Shown piece by piece: positions 9,472-17,792 of a stretch of DNA of 46,729 nt. The notes under the pieces are model-generated. The model saw only the letters and a program-made list of their open reading frames with translations. It had not been told where the DNA came from and did no database searches. Position 1 is the stretch's first letter. The number at the start of each line of letters is the position of its first letter. This DNA is from a virus (lineage: Duplodnaviria > Caudoviricetes): positions 1-46,729 of the IMG/VR virus record IMGVR_UViG_3300049437_000136. One strand, given 5' to 3'. The position numbers and the translations under genes were made by a program.

Positions 9472-10650
9472 ATGTCTGATCTAAAAACAATCATAGACTC
9501 ACTAAATAATATTCATTGGGACTTCCCCGATTCGCGAACGCCCAGATTAACGGTCCATTCTTTTCATTGGTTTCCCGGCAATTTTATCCCACAGATACCC
9601 TCCTACCTTATTCAAATACTATCTAAATCTGGCGATTTGGTATTAGATCCATTTTGTGGTAGCGGAACTACGGGCGTAGAAGCTATGCTTCTTGGAAGGC
9701 GCTCTTTATTATCGGATATAAATAAAACATGCATTTTTATAGCTGATGCTAAACTATCTGCATTTACTGATCCTTCTATTTGCAATTGCCTGGAAAAAAT
9801 GACGTCAGAGCTTATATTTGAGTCGCTATGTAGAACAAATCGTACTGGAATAAGTGGAGAATCAAGTGATGCCGAGTTAGAACTATGGTTTCATAGTGAT
9901 ACACTTATGCAATTGCGTTATATATGGCAAATCATCGAAAATGTTGCCCAGCCAGCTGCTCGTAAGGTAGCTCAATTGATATTTTTTGATACGCTTTTTG
10001 ATTGCGCATCCACCGGCGGAGCAAGAACAAGTACAGGCGGCAAACGAAGACATCATTGGGGCTGGATTGCAGATAATGTTCGACCAAATTTTTTCCTTAA
10101 GCACAATGCTATCCGGCAATTTTGCCAACATCTTAATCGTGCACTTGACGTACTAATGGTTTTATCACCTAACCATCACCCAATCCATAATAGCTATATT
10201 CAGCGAGGCGATGCACGCTCATTGGCTATTAAGGAAGCGTCTGTGGATTTAATTGTATCCTCACCTCCATATATAGGAATGATCGATTACGCTCTAGCAA
10301 ACCGGTTAATTTATTTATGGATGGGTTGGAAGCTGGATGACGATAAATATTTTGAGATTGGATCACGATCCAAACGGAAGCGGAAGAATGCATTGAACGA
10401 ATATTTATCCGATATGAATACTGCTATTAATCAAATGGCTATGGTGCTTAAGCCAGGTGGATTCTGTGCAATTATCTTAGGTGAATCACGTAAGTTCGCT
10501 GGTGCAACAGAGGCAATTCTTAAAATATTCGAAGAACATATGATCAAAATTTGGGGGCCAATACAACGCACTCCAATTCGTCGCCGCATCTCTGAACGCG
10601 CAGGCACTCAACAAGGAGAATCAATTTGTGTTTTCCAAAAGGCTCAGTAA
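9472..10650 (+). CDS. Amino-DNA methyltransferase, SPPY (N4-cytosine-like), SAM motif before catalytic motif
   Basis: HWFPGNFIPQIP, VLDPFCGSGTT, DLIVSSPPY, LKPGG. Confidence 0.85.
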   Translation: MSDLKTIIDSLNNIHWDFPDSRTPRLTVHSFHWFPGNFIPQIPSYLIQILSKSGDLVLDPFCGSGTTGVEAMLLGRRSLLSDINKTCIFIADAKLSAFTDPSICNCLEKMTSELIFESLCRTNRTGISGESSDAELELWFHSDTLMQLRYIWQIIENVAQPAARKVAQLIFFDTLFDCASTGGARTSTGGKRRHHWGWIADNVRPNFFLKHNAIRQFCQHLNRALDVLMVLSPNHHPIHNSYIQRGDARSLAIKEASVDLIVSSPPYIGMIDYALANRLIYLWMGWKLDDDKYFEIGSRSKRKRKNALNEYLSDMNTAINQMAMVLKPGGFCAIILGESRKFAGATEAILKIFEEHMIKIWGPIQRTPIRRRISERAGTQQGESICVFQKAQ

Positions 10651-11153
10651 TTGCCCTTTATGGTCCAAGCGCTAGTGGAAAGACTTCGATCGCAACAGCC
10701 CTAAAAAAATTACTACCGAATGCGCATATTAGACATTGCGGTAGAATTGCCAAAGAGGCAATGCGTAGGAACCAAGCCCGCACTTCCATTGAACAAGTTT
10801 ATCAGCTTGTGGATAGCGAGACTAGACAGCTTGCCGCGAATTGCCAGGACTTGATGATTGTTGAAGGAAGATATCTAGATAATGTATTAGACGGATTGCC
10901 TAATGTATATTTTATAAAATTAATTATACTAGAAGAAGAGCGCGAACGCCGGCTTAGCTCCAAAGCGTTTCACACAAACAGTACTTGTGATGAAATTCAG
11001 GCGATTGATAATTACATCAGTGATTCGCTCTATCCCAAGATAAAAAGGATTTCTAAAGATTCATTAGTAGTTTCTTCAATTGCATCAGTTGACGTTGTTG
11101 CAAGCGAGATCCTTTTTGCTCTTTTTGAGAAGAATGATGACAAGGTTGAGTAG
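10626..11153 (+). CDS. P-loop nucleoside monophosphate kinase (cytidylate-kinase-like)
   Basis: IALYGPSASGKTS, IVEGR, ERERRL lid motif; start uncertain. Confidence 0.75.
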   Translation: MCFPKGSVIALYGPSASGKTSIATALKKLLPNAHIRHCGRIAKEAMRRNQARTSIEQVYQLVDSETRQLAANCQDLMIVEGRYLDNVLDGLPNVYFIKLIILEEERERRLSSKAFHTNSTCDEIQAIDNYISDSLYPKIKRISKDSLVVSSIASVDVVASEILFALFEKNDDKVE

Positions 11154-12366
11154 GATACACCCATATCCAGCAATGATTTCGGAAGAATTAGCAGCAAGCC
11201 TAGCAAACCGTTTTATAAAACCGGGAATATTTATGCTAGATCCTTTTTGTGGAACCGGTAGGACCTTGCTTGCTGCAGCTGAATGTGGGGCAAATTGTGT
11301 TGGGATTGACATTAATCCCCTAGCAACACTGATTGCAAGAGCCAAATATTGCAATCCCAATATAAAGTTTTTGAAGCAATGTTCTGAAGGGATCAAGGAA
11401 TTAGCATTATTACAAAATAATTATGAATTATTTTATGACCTTCAACCTAATCGCGTTGTTCAATGGTTTTCCAAAGGAATCTCTGCCGAATTATGCACCT
11501 TAATAACTTTCCTCAATAAAATGGCTCCCAAGAAGGATGATCGAATCATTTTGGCAACGTTGCTTAGTGCTACAGCTCGGTCAGTATCATACTGCCGAAA
11601 GGATTCATGGAAATTACACCGAATAAAAAATGATGAACGTAAATTGTTCAAGAAATCTGCCATTTATGAATTCTCAAAGAGATTGGATTATGTCGTGAAC
11701 GCTCTGGCTGAAGAAGGGCGTTTTAAAGGAAATATTAATGTTATAACAGGTGATGCAAGGCATTTGAGTTCCATTCTTGCGAAATCAAACTTTTGTAAGC
11801 AATACGATTTAGTAATTAGTTCTCCACCATATGGCGATTCTCATACTACTGTTCAATATGGAGCTATGTCAGCTTTATCATTGGGCGTCGTTCAACATTT
11901 AAAAGGTTTTGAAAAGATAGCGGATAAGGCCGAGCAAATCGATAGGAATTGCCTTGGAGGAGTTAAACTTCAACATGACAGAAATGTTTCGGATCAGAGA
12001 AGAGTGGCCATATGCCACTGGCATGGCAGCAAGGATAATCATGCCGAAAGGCGAGTAGCTTCGTTCCTTCATGATTTATATATTTGTTGCAGCCAGATTT
12101 CTCGGTTTGTAAGACCGGGAGGTAGCATTGTTTTTGTGGTGTCCAGACGATCGGTAGGAGGATGGCGGCTAAAAATTGACAATTTTCTGATAGATACCTT
12201 TGCGGAGTTTGACATAAATCTTCAGTTATCTACACAACGTCGCATTCAGGAAAAGCTAATGCCCTCAGTAATAAATCGAGTCGGGCGCAAAATGGGGACC
12301 TCTTTTAAACAGGGTAGAGTTCCGACTATGAAACAGGAACTTATTCTAGAATTTCGAAAAACTTAA
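11134..12366 (+). CDS. Second SPPY-type amino-DNA methyltransferase
   Basis: IHPYPAMI, MLDPFCGTG, GIDINPLA, DLVISSPPYGD, VRPGG. Confidence 0.85.
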   Translation: MMTRLSRIHPYPAMISEELAASLANRFIKPGIFMLDPFCGTGRTLLAAAECGANCVGIDINPLATLIARAKYCNPNIKFLKQCSEGIKELALLQNNYELFYDLQPNRVVQWFSKGISAELCTLITFLNKMAPKKDDRIILATLLSATARSVSYCRKDSWKLHRIKNDERKLFKKSAIYEFSKRLDYVVNALAEEGRFKGNINVITGDARHLSSILAKSNFCKQYDLVISSPPYGDSHTTVQYGAMSALSLGVVQHLKGFEKIADKAEQIDRNCLGGVKLQHDRNVSDQRRVAICHWHGSKDNHAERRVASFLHDLYICCSQISRFVRPGGSIVFVVSRRSVGGWRLKIDNFLIDTFAEFDINLQLSTQRRIQEKLMPSVINRVGRKMGTSFKQGRVPTMKQELILEFRKT

Positions 12367-12576
12367 TTTCGATCACTTAGAATAAAAAACAAGCAGGCAT
12401 TTGTACTCATTTAGTACCATTTGACCATATATTTTTGATAAACCTCTTATATTTATTGCCTCAAGTACCTGATTTTGCGCAAAATACAAAGCGAAATAAA
12501 GCTTGGAAAACGCAAGCACCGGGAGGCGAGAACCCGGGATAAAACACTCCCGCAAAGCCGGATTAACAGTCGAATT

Positions 12577-12855
12577 ATGTCCAGAATAAAAATAGCAAAT
12601 CCACAGCCTGGAAGTGCACGGCACATGTCTATACGCCAGGCGAGAAGATATGTCATGCGCGGCGAAGCGCATTGGAGTGGCGATCCTAACGAACCACTCG
12701 TTTTCCTGACTCCCGCAGAGGTTCGCAAAAGTCGTTCAATAGGTCAGGCAATCAGATCAGAGAGGCGCTTAAGTGATGTATATATTCGAGGAACCATATG
12801 GTGGAATGGTAGTGATTCAAATGGAATGCACAAGCCGGGAGAGCTAGTGTCGTGA
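12577..12855 (+). CDS. Hypothetical phage protein
   Basis: Basic ORF (open from 12475) where phage-like composition resumes; ATG 12577 preferred. Confidence 0.5.
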   Translation: MSRIKIANPQPGSARHMSIRQARRYVMRGEAHWSGDPNEPLVFLTPAEVRKSRSIGQAIRSERRLSDVYIRGTIWWNGSDSNGMHKPGELVS

Positions 12856-13177
12856 AGCTGTATTTTGCATTGGGTCCTTCTCGGGAAAAATCCCGGGCGG
12901 GTAATTTGATGGCACATTTCGGCCAGCTGCAGGGTCAAAAAAGGTGTTTCCAAAATGGGTTTCCCATCCAAGATATGTCGATGTTTCAGTCAATCGCTGT
13001 CAAAAGTTCACGGGCAAGAAAGCGCGTCTGGATGGCGATAGCCGGACTTTTGATGAGATTGCGGCGGAAAGGTGCGGTCGGGATATATCTGTTCCGCCGG
13101 AGGAGAATCTACGCATCATTCCAGTGAGCATTTAGTGAGCATTGCCTGACTTGCAGGGATTATATGCGGGCTAAACA

Positions 13178-13277
13178 AGCCTGACCGGGAATTAGAAGAC
13201 ATCGCAACACAGCACATTGGGCGTCATGGAAAGGGCAGCGTTAATATCAGCGACGTCTTCTAATTCCCGGCCAAGCT
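13178..13277 (-). ncRNA. Candidate structured RNA: 28-bp stem with 44-nt loop
   Basis: Arms 13178-13205 and 13250-13277. The 3 mismatches all become G-U pairs on the minus strand. Confidence 0.5.
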
Positions 13278-13630
13278 ACCTGAGAAATGAGAAATCCGGT
13301 CTAATCAACCAAAGATTTAATCGGCTTGATTTACCTAATAACATATAGGGCAATTGCCACTCGGGGTAAGAGCTATTCCCTATAAGACTTTGCATCTACT
13401 AATCAGTTAATTTATTGGTGATTATTGAATGATCCGGGTGCAGGGCCGAAAAAGGGATTTCTATTCCGTGAGCGGTCCTCTAATGTTGTGCGAATCTGAC
13501 AAGCTTTCCTGCGAGCAAGATTGCTGAGCTATGGCGTCTAGGTCATCCTATCCGATAATCAACCCGAATGCAGAAGTAATTCGGCCAGCGATCGAGTCGT
13601 GATCGGCGAGAGCGATAGGAGCTCTTTCCA

Positions 13631-13996
13631 TTGGCATGGAAACTCGACAAACCCTGCCCGTATCCCGGATGCGGAATTAAGATCCACGCCAATCAGAGAT
13701 ATTGTGCGGAACACAAGAAGGAAGTTTCCAATCGATACGAGGCCGGCCGCCCATCATCCTCGAAAAGAGGATATGGCAAAAGATGGCATAAAACAGCCAA
13801 GGCGCATAAGGAATCCAATCCTTTATGCGTCGAGTGTGGCAAGCCTGTCGAGGAGATTGATCACATCGTTCCCCACAAAGGGAATCAACGATTATTCTGG
13901 GATCCGAAGAACAGACAGTCGTTATGCAAGTCCTGCCATTCCAGGAAGACAGCGACAGAGGACGGAAGATGGGAGCCAAAGAGCCATGCCGGATGA
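13631..13996 (+). CDS. HNH endonuclease (terminase-associated, HK97 gp74-like)
   Basis: CPYPGC..YC..H, RGYG..W, PLCVEC, DHIVPHKG..LFWD.KN.QSLCKSCHSRKT. Confidence 0.93.
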   Translation: MAWKLDKPCPYPGCGIKIHANQRYCAEHKKEVSNRYEAGRPSSSKRGYGKRWHKTAKAHKESNPLCVECGKPVEEIDHIVPHKGNQRLFWDPKNRQSLCKSCHSRKTATEDGRWEPKSHAG

Positions 13997-14214
13997 GGGA
14001 ATACGTCGCAAGCATTGTGAACATGCGCGGCGCGCCGGCCGACGACGGGATCACGTTCGAAGTGAAATGCCCTGCGAGCCGAAAGCGAGAGGCCGAGCGA
14101 ATCATCAAGCGGAACTTCCCGGAGCTGACGATGGTCGGCCTGAAGTGCGTCGGGCATTACGATGTGCGCCGCATCGGACCCGACGAATTCTGGAAGCGAT
14201 CGGCCAAATCCTGA
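13993..14214 (+). CDS. Hypothetical phage protein
   Basis: ATGA overlap with HNH stop; 73 aa. Confidence 0.55.
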   Translation: MREYVASIVNMRGAPADDGITFEVKCPASRKREAERIIKRNFPELTMVGLKCVGHYDVRRIGPDEFWKRSAKS

Positions 14215-14231
14215 AACGGATCAGGAAAGCC

Positions 14232-14333
14232 ATGAGACGAAAGGGCGCGATTGCGTTATGCCCTTATTGCAAGCACAAGATTAATGAGCCGGTGGCAAAC
14301 CACATCTGGAAGTGCAAGAAGTGGCAGCCGTAG
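14232..14333 (+). CDS. Tiny zinc-finger-like peptide (33 aa)
   Basis: AGGA RBS; MRRKGAIALCPYCKHKINEPVANHIWKCKKWQP (CxxC..H...C). Confidence 0.4.
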   Translation: MRRKGAIALCPYCKHKINEPVANHIWKCKKWQP

Positions 14334-14386
14334 AGGAAACATAGTTGATGCGCGCCTCCCGGAAGGCTGGGCGCAAGGAGTAGTCG

Positions 14387-14635
14387 GTGATTACAAGACG
14401 AAAGCTGTTTCAAACACTGGCAGCTGCGGCCGCGGCTGTAAACGTCAAAGAAATTGAAGTGGCGATCGCTGACGTGAAGCCCGGCAACACGATCGTCCTT
14501 CGGCTGCCGGCGGACAAGCTCCTCACAAACCAGGAGACGATGCACCTGCGGGATGCAGCGCAGAAAGTCTTCCCAAACAACAAAGTGATTGTGCTGACCG
14601 ACGGCATCGACCTGCAGATCGTTAAAGGAGCGTGA
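14387..14635 (+). CDS. Small protein with twin-arginine-like N-terminus
   Basis: AAGGAG RBS, GTG start, MITRRKLFQTLAAAAAAV. Confidence 0.6.
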   Translation: MITRRKLFQTLAAAAAAVNVKEIEVAIADVKPGNTIVLRLPADKLLTNQETMHLRDAAQKVFPNNKVIVLTDGIDLQIVKGA

Positions 14636-14894
14636 CGAACTGCAAGTGGACGCGCGCCGTCTTCCGGACGAGCGCAGCTTTTGCCACGCCGGCGACGCGA
14701 ATCGCGGGCACAAAGACCATCAAATCCAGCCCCGAGATCCATTTCTAAAAGCTGTCAAAACATGCGCACTGAGGCCGGGGTGAAGGCCCCCTGAGGCCCC
14801 CTGAGGCTAGGGTAAACAATCAAGGCATTCGATCCCGGTCACTCCTCCCAGCGGCGACATGGTCTAAGTTTAGGACGTGGTATAGGCCATGGTA

Positions 14895-14980
14895 GGGGGG
14901 GAGGTCGATTATAAGTATCAGGCCGCGGAAGACCGGGCGCGCACCCGACCTCAAACGCCCGCTTTTTTAAGGGGGGGGGC
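14895..14980 (+). other. Candidate cos/packaging region
   Basis: G-run-GAGGTCG...GACCG...CGACCTC...TTTTTT-G-run between HNH and the packaging genes, the layout typical of HNH-associated cos phages. Confidence 0.45.
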
Positions 14981-14982
14981 TG

Positions 14983-16314
14983 GTGGCGGAATTGACCAGA
15001 AAAATCGAGCTGACAGCCATCGACGAGCTCATTCCCTACGCGAAAAACGCCCGGACTCACAGAGAGGCCCAGATAAACCAAATCTGCGCCTCTCTGAAGG
15101 AGTTCGGATGGACCGTTCCGGTTCTGATCGACGTCAACCGGGGGATCATCGCCGGACATGCCAGAGTCCTGGCGGCAAAGAGGAATGGTTACACCGAGGT
15201 CCCGTGCATAACGCTGGAGGGTCTCAGTGAAACGCAAATTCGCGCGTACATCCTGGCGGACAACAAACTGGCGTTAAACGCCGGCTGGGATGAGAACCTG
15301 CTGAGCCTTGAACTCCTGGATCTGAAAACGGCCGGATACGATATCGACCTCATCGGTTTTGACCGGGAGGAATTGAACGAGCTTTTCGCCGGCATAAATA
15401 CCGGCAATACGGATCCCGATGAAATACCTCCGGCCCCGGAAACGCCCGTGAGCCGGAAGGGAGACATCTGGATCCTCGGCCGCCATCGCCTCATGTGCGG
15501 GGACGCCCGAGCAGCGGAGAACGTGGCGAAATTGATGAACGGCCAAAAAGCCGACATGGTTTTCACCGATCCGCCATACAACGTCAACTATTCAGGGAGG
15601 GGGAAAAAGACAAACAACACGATCGAGAACGATAACCTCGAGTCTCTGGAATTCCAGCGGCTGCTCGACGAGGCGTTCAAGAATTACGCGGCCTTCTCCA
15701 AAGCCGGCGCCGGAATGTACGTGTTCCACGCCAGCCAAACGCAGAAGGAATTCGAGACGGCCATCGTGGCCGCCGGCTTCGAAATCCGGAGCCAACTGAT
15801 CTGGAACAAACCCGTGGCCGTCATGGGATGGGGACATTATCGCTGGAAGCACGAGCCGTTTTTCTATGTCGGCCGACGCGGACAGAAAACCCTGTTCTAC
15901 GGGGACCGCACAAAAACCACGACCTGGGACTTCCAGAAGTCCGAGGAGCAGCTGGTCAATTGGGCGCGCAGGCAAAAGAAAGCGGAGACCGAAGGCAAGA
16001 CCACGATCTGGACGATGAAACGGGACCCGCTGAACGAATACGTCCACCCGACACAGAAGCCCGTGGAATTGATTAACCAGGCGCTGATGAATTCAAGCAA
16101 AGCCGAGGACGTGATAATGGATTTGTTCGGGGGATCCGGATCAACCGCGATCGCCTGCGAGAAAGCAAACCGGATCGCCTACACGATGGAGGACGATCCG
16201 ACCTACGCGGATGTGATCGTGATCCGATGGCAGAATTTCACGGGACAGCCGGCGCGCCTCGAGGACGGACAAACCTATCATGAGGCGAAGGCAAGCCGCC
16301 AGGAGGCAGTGTGA
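14983..16314 (+). CDS. ParB N-terminal domain / DNA adenine methyltransferase fusion
   Basis: PYAKNARTH..IIAGHARV..LADNKL; FTDPPYNV; HPTQKPV; DLFGGSGST. Confidence 0.92.
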   Translation: MAELTRKIELTAIDELIPYAKNARTHREAQINQICASLKEFGWTVPVLIDVNRGIIAGHARVLAAKRNGYTEVPCITLEGLSETQIRAYILADNKLALNAGWDENLLSLELLDLKTAGYDIDLIGFDREELNELFAGINTGNTDPDEIPPAPETPVSRKGDIWILGRHRLMCGDARAAENVAKLMNGQKADMVFTDPPYNVNYSGRGKKTNNTIENDNLESLEFQRLLDEAFKNYAAFSKAGAGMYVFHASQTQKEFETAIVAAGFEIRSQLIWNKPVAVMGWGHYRWKHEPFFYVGRRGQKTLFYGDRTKTTTWDFQKSEEQLVNWARRQKKAETEGKTTIWTMKRDPLNEYVHPTQKPVELINQALMNSSKAEDVIMDLFGGSGSTAIACEKANRIAYTMEDDPTYADVIVIRWQNFTGQPARLEDGQTYHEAKASRQEAV

Positions 16315-16931
16315 TGGGCCTCCTTGACGCCGACGAATTGACGCTGGCGCGGCCGGCGGACGATCAGATCGACGACGTTCCGCCATCGGCGGCGGCCGCG
16401 ATTGCGATCGCCAAACTGGAAATGATGCGAGTGGCAAGGGAGAAGAACCTGCGGGAGATCTTCCCGGAGCTGCAGCCCGGTCATTCTTATCACATCATTT
16501 CGGCCGGCGACGTCGACGCTGTTTCCTATTTGACCATGCTGATCGAAAGGCATGGTCCGTTTGACGATTTCTACGGATCGACCTGGACGCTGAGCCGGCA
16601 GGATTGCGAGCTGCTCGACAAATACCTCCAGGACGGTCTGATCAAAAAAATTACTTTTTTCACCGGCGAGTACTTCGCAAAGCGAGAGACATCGGTTTAT
16701 GCGACCCTCCTGCAGGTCATCGGCAGGCATCAGGGCCGGCTGCGGATGTTTAAAAACCATTGCAAATTGCTGCTGGTGCAAAACAGCGCGAAACAATTCT
16801 GGGCCGTGGCCGAGGGATCCGCGAACTTTACGACGAACCCGCGGACCGAGCAAACGACCATAACGGCAAGCAAAGAGCTCTACGATTTTTATAAAGGCTG
16901 GTTTGAGGAGCTGCTGATCAATGCCAAGTGA
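16311..16931 (+). CDS. Phospholipase D-like (HKD variant) domain protein
   Basis: NHCKLLLV...EGSANFTTNPRTEQ. Confidence 0.7.
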   Translation: MMGLLDADELTLARPADDQIDDVPPSAAAAIAIAKLEMMRVAREKNLREIFPELQPGHSYHIISAGDVDAVSYLTMLIERHGPFDDFYGSTWTLSRQDCELLDKYLQDGLIKKITFFTGEYFAKRETSVYATLLQVIGRHQGRLRMFKNHCKLLLVQNSAKQFWAVAEGSANFTTNPRTEQTTITASKELYDFYKGWFEELLINAK

Positions 16932-17406
16932 AAACCCGGAGCCTCCGGAGCTGACGGAGATCATCGAAAGCGCTCTCCTGAAGGGAGCGACCAGGGCCGT
17001 CATAAGTCTGGAACTCGCGCGCCAGGCGCACGCAAACGGAACGAAGCCTCCGAGCAATGAGGAGATCAACGCCGCATACGCCGCGATTCTCGATCGCTGG
17101 GTGGAGGACGGGAACCAGGACGAGGACGAATCCTACGCCTACCACGTCCGGATGCGAAAACATCTGTATCAAAAGAGCTTCGCGCTGAACGATTTCAAAA
17201 CGTGCCTGGCGATCGCGGCCGATTTGGCGGACGTTGAGGAAAGACATCGGGCCTATCTGGCGAAGGCGGAAAAAGCCAAACGACTGGGCCTCTTTACCGG
17301 AGCCGGCAAACATGAAGGGCAGGAAGCCAAAACCAACGGAACTAAGAATAGTCGAGGGAAACCGGGAGCACCGGCCGATCAACAAGAACAGCCCGAAAGT
17401 ACATAA
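16921..17406 (+). CDS. Hypothetical phage protein
   Basis: Coupled ORF, helical; 3' end overlaps the terminase small subunit gene. Confidence 0.6.
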   Translation: MPSENPEPPELTEIIESALLKGATRAVISLELARQAHANGTKPPSNEEINAAYAAILDRWVEDGNQDEDESYAYHVRMRKHLYQKSFALNDFKTCLAIAADLADVEERHRAYLAKAEKAKRLGLFTGAGKHEGQEAKTNGTKNSRGKPGAPADQQEQPEST

Positions 17407-17782
17407 AGCCGCCCCGCTTTGCCCCGGCGAACTGAAGGGGGATGAGAGGATTTGCTGGCGGTTCCTGGTCCGGGAACTCGACAAAATGGGGGCGTTGGCA
17501 ACGTCCGATCGCGGGATTATGACGGCCTATTGCTGCGCCTGGGCCGTATGGATCAAGGCCCACAGGATGCTGCGGACCTTGGGCGAACAGGCGGACAATC
17601 CGGAAGTCCTCCAGACAGAGAAAGGAAACATGATTCAGAGCCCGTGGCTCGGCATGCAGAATCGAGCCCTGGCGGACGTCGTAAAATATGGTTCATTTTT
17701 AGGATTGGATCCGACATCCAGAACGCGCATCAAGCTGGACGACATCCCAACAAAATCTCTGCGGGAAGAATTAATGGCATGA
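17312..17782 (+). CDS. Terminase small subunit, P27 family
   Basis: MKGRKPKPTELRIVEGN...YC..W...SPW...GLDPTSRTRI. Confidence 0.9.
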   Translation: MKGRKPKPTELRIVEGNREHRPINKNSPKVHKAAPLCPGELKGDERICWRFLVRELDKMGALATSDRGIMTAYCCAWAVWIKAHRMLRTLGEQADNPEVLQTEKGNMIQSPWLGMQNRALADVVKYGSFLGLDPTSRTRIKLDDIPTKSLREELMA

Positions 17783-17792
17783 GCGGAACTGC

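Noticed and set aside
9472-12366. Classical type II restriction-modification system
   Set aside because: No ORF with a recognisable PD-(D/E)xK, HNH or GIY-YIG nuclease in the operon; a highly divergent one cannot be fully excluded without profile searches
12852-13135. Two overlapping short ORFs (91 and 63 aa)
   Set aside because: Cannot tell which, if either, is real; possibly a frameshifted remnant
13178-13277. Retron msr-msd or DGR element
   Set aside because: No reverse transcriptase and no TR/VR pair seen in the window
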